Of a DNA stretch of 64,000 nt, positions 1 to 13,077 are shown piece by piece (positions within the stretch are counted from its first letter, which is position 1; each line of letters starts with the position of its first letter). Source of the DNA: Octopus sinensis (Eukaryota); the NCBI RefSeq assembly GCF_006345805.1, contig NC_043000.1, positions 149,668,001-149,732,000 of the forward strand, given 5' to 3'. The notes beneath the pieces were generated by a model. It saw only the letters and a program-made list of their open reading frames with translations. It was not told the origin of the DNA and did not search any database. The position numbers and the translations under genes are program-made.

Positions 1-251
1 CGTTTTATTTCATTCTACACGTGTTTCGAAAGGCACAATTTATCAAAATCCGATTGAATAATGGGACCATATTGTGTCTTTCTCTTCAGGAAGAAATAGG
101 AAATCCGTTGGAAAAAACAAAAACAGAACAGAGGCGGAGCAAAACAAATCGAACTAGGCTCCTAAGAGCCCATGGCGAAACTCTTAAACTCTTAAACTCG
201 GTTAAACTTTTGATTAATCTACTACAAGATTATCATCTTTCTATTTGACAT

Positions 252-821
<570 letters not shown>

Positions 822-1255
822 TATACATATATACATATATATATATAATACAAAATGGGAAAAGAACGCAAAACATCCGGACAGCTAGGTGATAGAAAAA
901 GGGACAGTAAAACATCAGATAGACGATACAAAGAAAGCAAGGACGGGTTTTTCGAAGTTTTCTTTCCTCAGTGAAGCACCAGATTATCTTCGCAATTTCA
1001 GCTGATTATTCTTGAGATTGCTCCAATCTGGCCAGCCCCAAGGAAAACTAAGCTAAGAGCATTAGATTCTTTGAAAGAAAGCAGCGAATGTATAGAAAAA
1101 CAAGGACGGAAAAAATGGACAATGTTACACAAATATAAATACAACAGAAAATACAATAAAAACAATAACTGGACATAACAACAGGTGTCTTTCAACTTAG
1201 GACGAATTGAATTAAGCTGGCGCATGTGGAATGAAGCCTTACGGCAGAGATACAA

Positions 1256-1299
<44 letters not shown>

Positions 1300-1319
<20 letters not shown>

Positions 1320-1847
1320 GTATGTATGTATGCATGTATGTATACATACGTACGTACAAGAAGAAGAAGAAGAAAAAGAAGAAGAAGAAGAAGAAGAAGA
1401 AGAAGAAGACTGCGCGAGTGCCATGATAGTGATCCGTTGTGGATGGTAGTAGTGATTGAATTCTTGAGACATCTCTTTTTAATGTTTTGTTTACAAAATT
1501 TGCGTAGGTATTATTCTAAACAGCAATTGTGGTAAAGTTAGGAAGGAGGTGGCGGAGAGGAAGAAGACGAAGAAGAAGGAGAAAGAGAAGGGAGAATAAG
1601 AAGGAATGTAGGTAGTATGATAGTAGTAGGGTGTTAAATGGTCAAGTGACCTAAAAGTGTTTTGTTGTGGATTATAGCAGTGATTATAGCAGTCCCCCCA
1701 AAAATTTGCTTTTAATTTTTCCAAAATCTAATTGTTTTCCATACTTTAATTGTTTTCTCAATGGCTAAAACCGGTACTGAAATGTTTTTTATAAAATTAT
1801 TTTAGCATTTTCTACTTTGACTTTTTTCTACACACACACACACAATA

Positions 1848-1880
<33 letters not shown>

Positions 1881-2408
1881 GATATATATATATATATGTA
1901 TGTATGTATGCATGTATGTATACATACGTACGTACAAGAAGAAGAAGAAGAAAAAGAAGAAGAAGAAGAAGAAGAAGAAGAAGAAGAAGACTGCGCGAGT
2001 GCCATGATAGTGATCCGTTGTGGATGGTAGTAGTGATTGAATTCTTGAGACATCTCTTTTTATGTTTTGTTTACAAAATTTGCGTAGGTATTATTCTAAA
2101 CAGCAATTGTGGTAAAGTTAGGAAGGAGGTGGCGGAGAGGAAGAAGACGAAGAAGAAGGAGAAAGAGAAGGGAGAATAAGAAGGAATGTAGGTAGTATGA
2201 TAGTAGTAGGTGTTAAATGGTCAAGTGACCTAAAAGTGTTTTGTTGTGGATTATAGCAGTGATTATAGCAGTCCCCCCAAAAATTTGCTTTTAATTTTTC
2301 CAAAATCTAATTGTTTTCCATACTTTAATTGTTTTCTCAATGGCTAAAACCGGTACTGAAATGTTTTTTATAAAATTATTTTAGCATTTTCTACTTTGAC
2401 TTTTTTCT

Positions 2409-2430
<22 letters not shown>
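1300..2430. repeat. Tandem duplication, period about 580 bp, bounded by (TA)n and containing (GAA)n
   Basis: About 1300-1860 matches about 1880-2430, differing mostly by 1-nt homopolymer indels. Confidence 0.9.
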
Positions 2431-2448
<18 letters not shown>

Positions 2449-3039
2449 TCATATAAAACAACAAATATGTCACTAAATGTGTCTAGGTGTTATGAAAACA
2501 CCTACAATGCTAGATATAAGACCTAAACTGCTCTAATGCATAAAAGCATATTCACTAACACGGACCATAATCGTCCGAAAAGTACTGATCGAGAATTCTT
2601 AATACTAGTGCGTTAGTTTTGGCAATTTCCGTTGCCTCATCAGTTAACACAGCTCGATTGTTCGACTCTTTCCGGAATAGCTTCGCCATTAGTATTTATG
2701 TTTTCGTTATCTAAATAATTGGCTGATTTAGCGATTCGCTAATGTATATATATATATATGAAAATATATATAAATAGCAGTTTGCAATGTTGCACCAAAA
2801 ACGAACGTCACTAAACGTGACTGAGGAGTTATGAAAACACCTACATTGCTAGAAACAAGAACTAGTATAATTATACTTAATTGCATATAGATCCATTACT
2901 GCTCTATCGTTTAGAGTGTGCTTCTTTTTCGGATATACGATACACTGACGATTTGTGTGTGTGTGTAGATCATATATCCCCAAAAAAAGCACATTCTCAA
3001 AGTTAGAGCAATAATGTATTTACATGAAATTAAATATAT

Positions 3040-3725
3040 GTTCGGTCGCAGAGTAACCAATGGTTTCACCTCCATAAAGTGCCTAGCTTTATAGACGACT
3101 CGTCAGACTTCAATAGCCGCTGGCATATAGCCTCTCTTCAAACTGGAGGTAGAAAACTCCCTTAGACTGGTCTGGATAGCAAATCTTATGGACCTAAAGG
3201 CGAACAGGGATCTCCGCCTTTAGGTTAGTTCCGGTTTAAACATACTTTTTACAGCCCAAATCAACGAACGGGGAATTTCACGCCTGCATCAGCCAGCGTT
3301 TGAAATGGAGACAGAGACTATAGATCTCCTGTAAGAGAAATCCGGGTCAAACGAGTTTTTAAGGATCCTTGACCGCTCTACGATGCAAAACTTGCTCCGT
3401 CCGCTTCCGTTTATATAGGACTCCGGCTACTCTATGATCGTCTATTTAATTTGTATTGAGTTCTTTTATTCTTAAGGCCCCGCACGTTGCTAGCAATGGA
3501 TGCGACATAACTTCTTTCTAGAACCCTAAAAGAGGACCTGTGGTTGTACAGGCACCGCTTAAAGGCAGTTCGGCCGACTCGATGTATTTCCGAACTTGAG
3601 TGCTGGTTGTGTTCTCGCCTCTGGTGTAGCTTCCTTTGGATTCGGGCCTGGAGTTGTTGTTGATGCTGCTTCTGTTGGAGCTGTCACCGGTGCTGTTATT
3701 TTAAAAGCCTTTTGTATTATTTTTT
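3040..3725 (-). mobile_element. Decayed Tx1/L1-clade LINE fragment (ORF1 end and APE endonuclease start)
   Basis: Minus-strand translation contains IASNVRGLKNK, the typical (S/T)xNVRGL APE N-terminus; stops and frameshifts follow. Confidence 0.6.
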
Positions 3726-4971
3726 TTTATGAATTGGATCGTTGCCTAACCAATCGTTATTCCCACCGTACTACTGATCATCAGACACAAAAATATTAAT
3801 TTTCTTTTACTTGGTTTTAGAATAGCTAAAATGTATTTATCTTAATAATACAAAAACTTTAGGGATGTTTGTTTGTACCCGAATTATCTCAGAAATAGTA
3901 TATTTTATCTTAATTTTTTTTGCACACCTATTTTTATACAGTACAGTACAAACGTTCGTGATATTTGGACCTCTATTTATTAATGAAAACGAATAAACAC
4001 AATTTTTGTTTATTTCTTGACAAAAAAATTGTTTCCGTGACGTCAAGACATACAGAATACACACGCATATAATGAATGTTATGGCGTGTCAATCAACATA
4101 AACACACGTCCGTTATCTGTGACATATACACATACATAGTCTTCGTCCTCTCTAAGAAAAAAAAACATCGACTTTTGACGTACACAATATTTTAGTCTTT
4201 TAGAAATATTTTTAACTAAACGTGATTTCAAAATTGTAAGTTGTTTGTACAGTAAATATTTATATTTTAGCTGTCTTTGCAGAGACAATATTTTAAAGCT
4301 TTTTTTATTTATTTTGAAGTCGTTAATTACCGTAAAAAAAATTTATTTATTTACTTTTGTCTTAAATTGAAAGTGAAAGACGTATGTACGTGATATAAAA
4401 TAGACGTGTGTGTGTGTGTGTGAAAAAGAGAGAGAGAGAAAGAGAGAAAAAGAGGAAGAGAGAGAAAAGGAGAGGAAGAGATAAAGAGAGAGAGAGTGAG
4501 TGAAGGGTGCTTTGTCATGTACACATACATATACCAATACCATATGCGTACGTCCTTTTTGTATGTACGTGTGCATGTGTGTGCGTGTGAGAAAAAGAGT
4601 GAAAGCGAGTGAGTGAACGTGTGTGTTCTCTTGTATGTGTAAGTAGTATTCTCTCTCTCTCTCTCTCTTCCTCACACACACATACACACACATGTCCATT
4701 TCATATACACGTTCATACAACATTCACTTTCTCCTCTCTTTCACTTTAAAACAAAAGTAAATAAATAAAAAAATGTTACGGAAATTAATGAACAAAACCA
4801 GCTGATCTGGCTGACAGTTCTGAGAGTCAAAGCGAAAGATCACCCCAAGGGAATACCATTACAAAAATTATTTCGAGTGCATTCAACGTATCTCAGCTCC
4901 AAAGATTTGGATGCTGTTTGAAGCACGCCCTACTTCCATGTAACAGCTATTCGCTGTAAAGGACTCGAAAT

Positions 4972-5350
4972 GGGAAGCACTCCGTCGGTTACGACGACGA
5001 GGGTTCCGGTTGATCCGATCAACGGAACAGCCTGCTCGTGAAATTAACGTGTAAGTGGCTGAGCACTCCACAGACACGTGCACCCTTAACGTAGTTCTCG
5101 GGGATATTCAGCATGACACAGAGAGTGACAAGGCCGGCCCTTTGAAATACAGGTACAACAGAAACAGGAAGTAAGAGTGAGAGAAAGTTGTGGTGAAAGG
5201 GTTCAGCAGGGATCACCACCATCCCTGCCGGAGCCTCGTGGAGCTTTAGGTGTTTTCGCTCAATAAACACTCACAACGCCCTGGGAATCGAAACCGCGAT
5301 CCTACGACCGCGGGTCCGCTGCTCTAACCACTGGGCCATTGCGCCTCCAC
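4972..5350 (-). mobile_element. Full-length tRNA-derived SINE (family C) with 14-bp TSD
   Basis: Head GTGGAGGCGCAATGGCCCAGTGG...GGTTTCGATTCCC. TSD AAAGGACTCGAAAT at 4958-4971 and 5351-5364. Confidence 0.92.
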
Positions 5351-5536
5351 AAAGGACTCGAAATACTTGTTACGTGGTAGCAGGGGAAATGAGCCGTTTA
5401 CGCTTTATTTCAATGTCACATTCATTGAAAGCATGCGAAATAACCTGGAAAAGACAAACAACCCATGAAACAAAACTTCGTTGATGGGAAACTCAGATTT
5501 CCAGGTCACTCAACGGGTAGTCTAGTGCATGTGTGC

Positions 5537-5583
<47 letters not shown>

Positions 5584-5640
5584 GACTACCCGCAATTTTT
5601 TTCCTCTGTCCTCCCGTCTCGGGATCTTTCTTTCTCCTAT

Positions 5641-5675
5641 GTTTCCGACGAAGTGCTCCGCTCGAAACGTCATAC
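5641..5675 (+). ncRNA. Degenerate minimal hammerhead-ribozyme-like motif in a Penelope-like terminal repeat
   Basis: GTTT-C(C)GACGA-A-GTGCTCCGCTC-GAAAC-GTC-ATAC. U4 is mutated, and stems I and II each have one mismatch. Confidence 0.4.
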
Positions 5676-5844
5676 CCTCCTTCTTCCCTTCTTTCCTGAG
5701 CGTCCAATAATACTTTATTTGTTCCACATCCTCGCGTTGTTGTCTTTTTGTTTTCTTGTTTGGATTAACTTTATATATATATATATATATGCACACAAAG
5801 TATTTGATTTTATTAATATAATTAGAAAATTAGAAGGGCAACTA

Positions 5845-5955
5845 CTGAGTAATGCCACATGGTAGAAGAAGACGCCAAATGGCTCTAAAACTACTTATAA
5901 ATAAAGTAGTTTTAGAACCATTTGGCGTCTTCTTCTGACATGTAGCGTTACTCAG
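5845..5955. repeat. Imperfect inverted repeat (52-bp arms, 7-nt loop)
   Basis: 5845-5896 is the reverse complement of 5904-5955 with a few mismatches. Confidence 0.85.
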
Positions 5956-6402
5956 TGACTATATTTATAAAATTAGATACGTTGTATTAATTTTTACCTA
6001 AATTGGTTTTGACACGCTAGCTACTTGATAAAATCCTATATAGATTTTATCCTTGATTATAATTGGTATATATATATATATGTATATGTATATGGCCTGC
6101 TCGCTTAGCCAGCGGGGTGGCGTCATTTGAAGGCTAAAACAATGCGAAGCGCATTGTGACCAGCGATGTGTAACAACACCTCATAGCCTGGTCGGTCACG
6201 GTGATATATATGTATATATGTATGTAACGGAAATACATTGATTTGGTACAATTACCAATCGTAACGGTAGATATTGATTGGTTAACAATGCTACGATGAT
6301 GTTGTCAGCAACAGCTGTGACGATAAAAATTTGTTGTCATTGCATACTGTAGGATGTGTAAGATGGACAATTCATGAAGTTTAAAGGAAGTATTTATTTA
6401 CC

Positions 6403-6633
6403 TATTTCTTTACTACCTACAAGGGGCTAAACACAGAGGGGACAAACAAGGACAGACAAACGGATTAAGTCGATTATATCGACCCCAGTGTGTAACTGGC
6501 ACATTTTTAAGCGACCCCGAAAGGATGAAAGGCAAAGTCGACCTCGGCGGAATTTGAACTCAGAACGTAGCGGCAGACGAAATACTGCTAAGCATTTCGC
6601 CCGGCGTGCTAACGTTTCTGCCAGCTCGCCGCC
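6403..6633 (-). mobile_element. tRNA-derived SINE (family B, Meta-domain-like central region)
   Basis: Head AGGCGGCGAGCTGGCAG...GAGTTCAAATTCC and central GCCGAGGTCGACTTTGCCTTTCATCC. Further copies at 17737-17963, 30985-31205 and 38836-39613. Confidence 0.85.
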
Positions 6634-7471
6634 TTCAAATTTATTTACCGTTACGTTACAATACCTTGCCTCGACGGGCAGGTTGTGATAAATCCAAAAG
6701 CATGCGAAGTAAAGTTTGTTACTGTAGAATGTTTCATTACATAGTTTGGCGTATGCGAATAGTTAGTAGTAATTTCAGAGAGAGAGAGATAGATTGATGT
6801 TGTAAGAGAACAGAATTAGAGCTAGAGAGAATTATAGGGTGTTGTCTCACAGTTGCTTTCTCCCTCGGACCAAGGTTGGTCAGCCAGACCTCGCTGAGTC
6901 GTCACCGGTTGGTGACTAACTGATTTTTGCTTAAAATCCAGAAGGATAGATATATCATTGAGAACAATGGATTTAGTTGGTGGTCTTGTTATCTATTCTA
7001 GCTTTTGGTGAAGTAGAAGAGGTTAGAAAGGGTCAAGTGGTGAAGACATTATTTCGGCCTAGCTAAAAGGCATCTGGAAAATGTAAAAACTGCTGTCAGA
7101 GAAAAACCATTGTTCCATCATAGGAAAAGTTCTGTAGCAGTGTTAGTTTAAATTTGGCTACAGTGGATCGAATCCACTTCATGCATGCAAGATTCGCTAC
7201 ATATATATATATTATAATTATGAGTATAGTTATAATTAGGGTTCAGCAAAAATTTGCTTCACCACATACTGAAAATTTGAAATAGCAGTTAAAGCTAACT
7301 ATTTCATTACCATAAGAAAATCTCCCAGACACCAATATTCAACAACCCACGCAGATAAAGAGAAAAAAATAACGAACCCACCCGGCTTTGATTAACTGTA
7401 TACGCGTTTCAGAGTTAGATAGATGTGAAAAATGTAAAATCACATTTTCACTCTATCATTCTCCTCTTCAG

Positions 7472-7633
7472 TACAGAAATTCAAGATTTTAAATTTGAGA
7501 GCACTGCAAAAATTAAACATGCTTATCTGAGCAGGCGTCATCAGACAACATACATCCAACGACCAGTACTTCCGAATTCAAACAGACGAATGAGATCTCG
7601 TACTCCTCCTCACTCACCCACGTGTGCTAATGA
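7472..7633 (+). CDS. Candidate internal coding exon of an unidentified plus-strand gene (TEIQDFKFESTAKIK...PHSPTCANE)
   Basis: Strong acceptor (ttttcactctatcattctcctcttcag), donor GA|gtaaaa, 162 nt, phase 2-2, open frame, non-repetitive. A minus-strand exon reading at the same locus is also possible. Confidence 0.35.
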
Positions 7634-7716
7634 GTAAAACTCTACAGAAAAAAAACTGTAGTTAACTATCAGAATTATATTATCAATAATAATAAAGGGT
7701 AAAATTAATTAATTAA

Positions 7717-8110
7717 TCTTTATATATAAAAGTCAAGTTGTGTGTCTGTCTCCTACGATTTAGATTCCTAACTACTCCCACATTTTGCGGTGCAGTTTAA
7801 CCAAAACCGGGTATCTTATAGTCGTGATTCATATCGAGCCCTTCTGGGTATTAGCGCGCGTCTACGATGAGTCTACGATTAAAAAAAATTACCATTATTT
7901 TTTTCTATTTTAATGCATTTTTCGCTATTATATAAGGGAAGTAACTCTCTAAAAATGTCTACGATTAGTCAACGATTTTTTTAAAAATTTACCATCATTT
8001 TTTTTCCATTTTTAATGTATTTTTTTGCTATTTTTTGGCTATAACTCTCTAAAAATGCTTATATAGTTATTTCCCTTACAAACCCGAGCAACGCCGGGCG
8101 ATACTGCTCG
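7717..8110 (+). mobile_element. Non-autonomous Helitron
   Basis: 5' TC after A, subterminal hairpin CCCGAGCAACGCCGGG, 3' CTCG (CTAG variant) before T. Same family at 29736, 32655 and 58167. Confidence 0.85.
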
Positions 8111-8473
8111 TAATTAATAATTTTACCAAGTAGTTCGGTATGTTAAAAGAACCATTATCGGTAAACATAAACAAAAATTTTATAATTATGAGTATAATTA
8201 TAATTAGGGTTCAGCAAAAATTAGCTTCACTACATAGCGAAATTTAGAAATAGTTAAAACTAACTATTTCACTACCATATGAAAATCTCACAGACAGCAA
8301 TACTCAACAACCCACGCAGGTAAAGAGAAAAAAATAGCCGGGTGGATTCGTTATTTTTTCTCTTTACCTTCGTGGGTTTTATATATATATATATATATAT
8401 ATATGTAGGTCCCGGGTTGAGTCGGGGTTAACCACAGTAAATAAGGTACTCAATACATGGCAGAGTAAATTAA

Positions 8474-8594
8474 TTATTTTATAGAAGGAGCTTCTACAGG
8501 ACTAGAACGGTTTCATTCAAATGAAATCATCAGGAAGATGATTTCATTTGGATGAAACCGTTCTAGTCCTGTAGAAGCTCCTTCTATAAAATAA
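8474..8594. repeat. Near-perfect palindrome (58-bp arms, 5-nt loop), probably a Penelope-type fold-back
   Basis: 8474-8531 is the reverse complement of 8537-8594 with one T/C difference; loop AGGAA. Confidence 0.9.
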
Positions 8595-8616
8595 AAAATA
8601 TATATATATATATATA

Positions 8617-9185
<569 letters not shown>

Positions 9186-9497
9186 ATATATATATATATA
9201 AGGTCAATCTGTACATATTTTTCTAAATCGATTCGTTACATAGTAACACTTCATAAATGCCAATCTTTAACCGATCGTTATCACACCGTACTACTGCTCA
9301 TCAAATATAAAAATGTTATCTACGATTAGTGTTATATTTAGGGAGTTTATTATAAATACCATCTACGATTAGAGTTATATTTCGGGAGTTTATTATATTC
9401 TGGATAGCCTACAATAGTAATTTGATAACCTCATACTTTCAAGAAGTTGAAAATATATTTTCTGAACTTGTTAGTAACATTTTTTTCCCTTTTTTTG

Positions 9498-9528
<31 letters not shown>

Positions 9529-9867
9529 GAGTGAGAGAGCAGTGCATGCCATCAAAGTGACACTGGGGTAAAATATACAAAGCCCAGTACACACATCGTG
9601 ACTACCCGTCTGATAAGGGCACACCAGACACATGCATCACAACCATATGTGCGTGACATGATGATCTCATATCAAGATAAACAGCACATGACCTTGTAGG
9701 TGGGGACCAGTTGGAATTTTCTTCTGGTCGAGTAACCCATCCTGTTTAAGGATGTTTAACGAAACACCCATGTTTCCAGAGGTGAATTATTCAAACCCCA
9801 AAGAATCCCTCTCAACACGTGGCTATGATACTCCCCCACTACTTCTGCTCGTGATCAGAGATGCACA

Positions 9868-10342
9868 TGTAACGGGAATGAGTAGCTTCTTGCACTTTTA
9901 GAGTGCAACTGGTGCATTCAATTTCCGTTGCTTAAATTTCCAGATTCTACCAGTCAAAGAACTCAAAACGCAACAGTAAAAATATATGTACTCTTTATTG
10001 TCTTATCCACAGAACGAACTAAGTGGTGTATCTGGTATCTCTTGGTTCTGGACGTGCAAGGCTGAACTTTAACGCTGTAAGATTTCACAAGTTCAACTGC
10101 AAACAGAACTGGTCATAATGGCGTCCTAGGGAGCAAAGAGAAATATGGTCTGCAACCTTCGATCGCTGTGCCTCAAGTCCCTGCTTACTGCTGACTGCTG
10201 CTATATCTCTCTCTGTCTTTTTAAGGTTCACGCTCCCTTCGCCTAATCAGCTAACGCCACATCAGCAAATTCCCTCTTCCGGTCTTCGCGTATGCGCGAG
10301 AGGGCGTTGCGCGCGCGCGCGCTGTTGGATAGCGTCACTACA
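9868..10342 (-). repeat. 3' LTR (475 bp)
   Basis: Direct repeat of 12318-12776 with 5 substitutions, one 14-bp indel and one 2-bp indel (counted by eye). Confidence 0.95.
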
Positions 10343-10539
10343 AAGGCTCCGCCACAAGTGCGTACGCACGAAGCAAAATTTCTTGTAGTGACTTTAAAAA
10401 CTCAAGGTGGATACCAGATAACCAAAAATAGCACACAATATAACAAAATGGCAGAATTTACAATATACACAAGAAATTCACCAAAAGGAAAAAAGAGAAA
10501 AAATACTCAAAATGAGCAAAATCAAAGGTGCATGTGTGA

Positions 10540-11050
10540 ATAAGAATAGCTTCCGGCCAACGTGAGAAATGATCGATAAAGTTAAATATATATGAGAACC
10601 CGCGACTCACAGGCCATGGTCCAACCAAATCAAGGTGGACATGGCGAAAACGGGCTTCAGGAGAAGAAAACTGTCCAAGGGGAGCACGAACGTGTCCATG
10701 GACCCTAGCACTCTGGCACTTCAAACAAGAGCGTGCCCAAGAGGTAATCGATCGTCGCATATTGGGCCAAAAGAACTGTGGCAGAGATACCTGGATGTGA
10801 CAGTGAATGAAGAGCATCAAACACAGAACGTTGATGTTTCTCAGGTACTAACGGTCTAGGAGAACCGGTGGAATACGTCACAAAGAAATAGAGCCTTCTG
10901 CTGAAGGGAGTGGACGGTAGGCAAATTTACAGTTAATAAACTTAGGCGAAGTTAAATCCAACTCCTCTAAAGGTGGTTGATCCTGCGAAATAGCAGTTAA
11001 GTCAATTGCTGCAGGAGAGGAAATGGAATTGACAGATAGATCGATAGTAA
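10540..11050 (-). pseudogene. Gypsy integrase remnant (H2C2 zinc finger and start of rve core)
   Basis: DVSTGSPRPLVPEKHQRSVFDALHSLSHPGISAT, then FFWPNMRRSITSWARSCLKCQ...FRHVHLDLVGP...IDHFSRWPEAI, frameshifted. Confidence 0.9.
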
Positions 11051-12296
11051 CACAAAAGGCAGACAGTGCTTCAGCTGAAAGTGTAAGGTTAGCAAAGGTG
11101 ACAGTGTAAGCATGCTGGAGTGATGCGCGAGACTGATAATTTTCTCTGTTAATTACGTGACCAACAGGGGTCTAACAGGGGGAAATTACGCCTAAACATG
11201 GGCCCAGCGCAAGTGAACATCCGACGTTCTTTGAGTCGGGAAAAGAATTGAGCTGACGCAAACGTGTTGCAAAACAAGGCAGTACACGTGCAGAACAGAG
11301 GTGCATGAGTGAAATAGGGCTTGCTAGGCTGAAACACAGCAATGAATATGCCAGTGGTTAATGTAGTAAGGCTGAGGCTGCCAGCCAGTGCTTGAGCGAT
11401 TATATGCCTCGGTCGTGCAGGAACAAAGTGTGGCATGCTGGCGCGTTGTAAGGGACAAACAACTTTCTCTATGTATACGTGACCGACCCAGGGTCTTACA
11501 GAGATGAGTTGTGTCTACAATTTCAAATTGAGCATGGAAAAACAAGCGAGAAAGGCATGTGTGACGTATGAATGTGAGATAGGTAGCATTTGTGTGTGTA
11601 TTAACTATGTGTGTACGTGTGTGCGACAGAAATACAAACAAGGGGAATGCGGGCAAAAATAAAATACAGCACATAGGAAAAAGTCTCTCAGGGTATTTCA
11701 GACAAGATGGAGTTAATTTACCAGTTCGTAATAGCATGATACATAATGTTAGTTCTTTCTGTAACAGGATGTTGGGATCACAAATGCAGATGCCGGTTGA
11801 ACACATGTCGTGTAGCGGTTGTGGCTTCAATGCTGTGTCAGGTTAAATTGGTACAGAAGATCTCGCAGGTAGTGCTGTGCTGTTAATCTTGATGTGTATA
11901 CACGAACAACGTGTAAGCTAAACTTCAGCGAGTTGCTATGTACATATCGTTGAGGTCGATGGTGTTGAAGGCGACAGTGATGGACTTGAGACACATTGTT
12001 GCTTAGTGTTGCTGGCGACGAAGATAGCGACGACGCGAAGTTGAAAGACGACAATGGTGATGACGACGGCAGAGAAAAGGCATCGTTGATATGAAGGCGT
12101 CCGTGGTGTATGTTAGTGTCGTCATTATTGACGGAAGATAAGAGAGGCTCTTTTCCTTTTTTTGTTTCCGTGCCTGTGTGCTGAGATGCGAGTGGAAACA
12201 AAAAACGTTGAAGGATGAAGACTGCGCAGTTTTGATCGTGGTTCAGACTTGGCAGAACTGGATTTTGTTGTTAAGTGTTCTCTGGTCTATGACCAG

Positions 12297-12316
12297 AATC
12301 ACGTCGGGGGTCACCA
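12297..12316 (-). promoter_or_regulatory. Primer-binding site complementary to the tRNA-Trp 3' end
   Basis: Plus strand AATCACGTCGGGGGTCACCA matches the eukaryotic tRNA-Trp 3' end AATCACGTCGGGGTCACCA with one extra G, 1 nt from the 5' LTR. Confidence 0.88.
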
Positions 12317-12317
12317 C

Positions 12318-12776
12318 TGTAACGGGAATGAGTAGCTTCTTGCACTTTTAGGGTGCAAATGGTGCATTCAATTTCCGTTGCTTAAATTTCCAGATTCTAC
12401 CAGTCAAAGAACTCAAAACGCAACAGTAAAAATATATGTACTCTTTATTGTCTTATCCACAGAACGAACTAAGTGGTGTATCTGGTATCTCTTGGTTCTG
12501 GACGTGCAAGGCTGAACTTTAACACTGTAAGATTTCACAAGTTCAACTGCAAACAGAACTGGTCATAATGGCGTCCTAGGGAGCGAAGAGAAATACGGTC
12601 TGCAACCTTCGATCGCTGTGCCTCAAGTCCCTGCTTACTGCTGACTGCTGCTATATCTCTCTCTGTCTTTTTAAGGTTCACGCTCCCTTCGCCTAATCAG
12701 CTAAATTCCCTCTTCCGGTCTTCGCGTATGCGCGAGAGGGCGTTGCGCGCGCGCGCTGTTGGATAGCGTCACTACA
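12318..12776 (-). repeat. 5' LTR (459 bp)
   Basis: TG...CA termini, adjacent to the PBS, AATAAA on the minus strand, CpG-rich (CG)n box. Confidence 0.95.
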
Positions 12777-13023
12777 CATATATCGTCAGCCACTAAGGGA
12801 CATGCTCAACTGGTTAACGTCAAACAACTGACAAACAAATCTGTGGTATTGAGCAGAATATTTGCTGTAGCCCATCTTTTATACCAAGACAAAACAATAT
12901 ACACGATAACACTTCCAATCAGTTAAGATCAGAAACCATGAGAACCACTGCCTGGTACTGCATCAGGGCATTATTATTATTATTATTATTATTATCATCA
13001 TCATCATCATCATCATCATCATT

Positions 13024-13077
<54 letters not shown>

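Larger units (their letters stand above)
9868..12776 (-). mobile_element. Internally deleted Ty3/Gypsy LTR retrotransposon
   Basis: Two TG...CA LTRs, imperfect 4-bp TSD CACA/CATA, tRNA-Trp PBS, integrase remnant; no YxDD RT motif seen in the 1975-bp interior. Confidence 0.92.
9529..12969 (-). mobile_element. About 550-bp non-coding element embedded in (AAT)n, interrupted by an LTR retrotransposon
   Basis: 9529-9867 plus 12777-12969 rejoin into a sequence collinear with the intact copy at 53081-53634; (ATT)n lies on both flanks. Confidence 0.85.

Noticed and set aside
930-975. CTGAGGA...GAAA hammerhead-like string on the minus strand
   Set aside because: Stem II is only 3 bp and stems I and III are not formed; too weak to call.
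5290-5350. tRNA-like sequences at SINE heads (also 52190-52252 and 43400-43475)
   Set aside because: They have A/B boxes but no complete cloverleaf or acceptor stem, and they continue into SINE bodies with TSDs.
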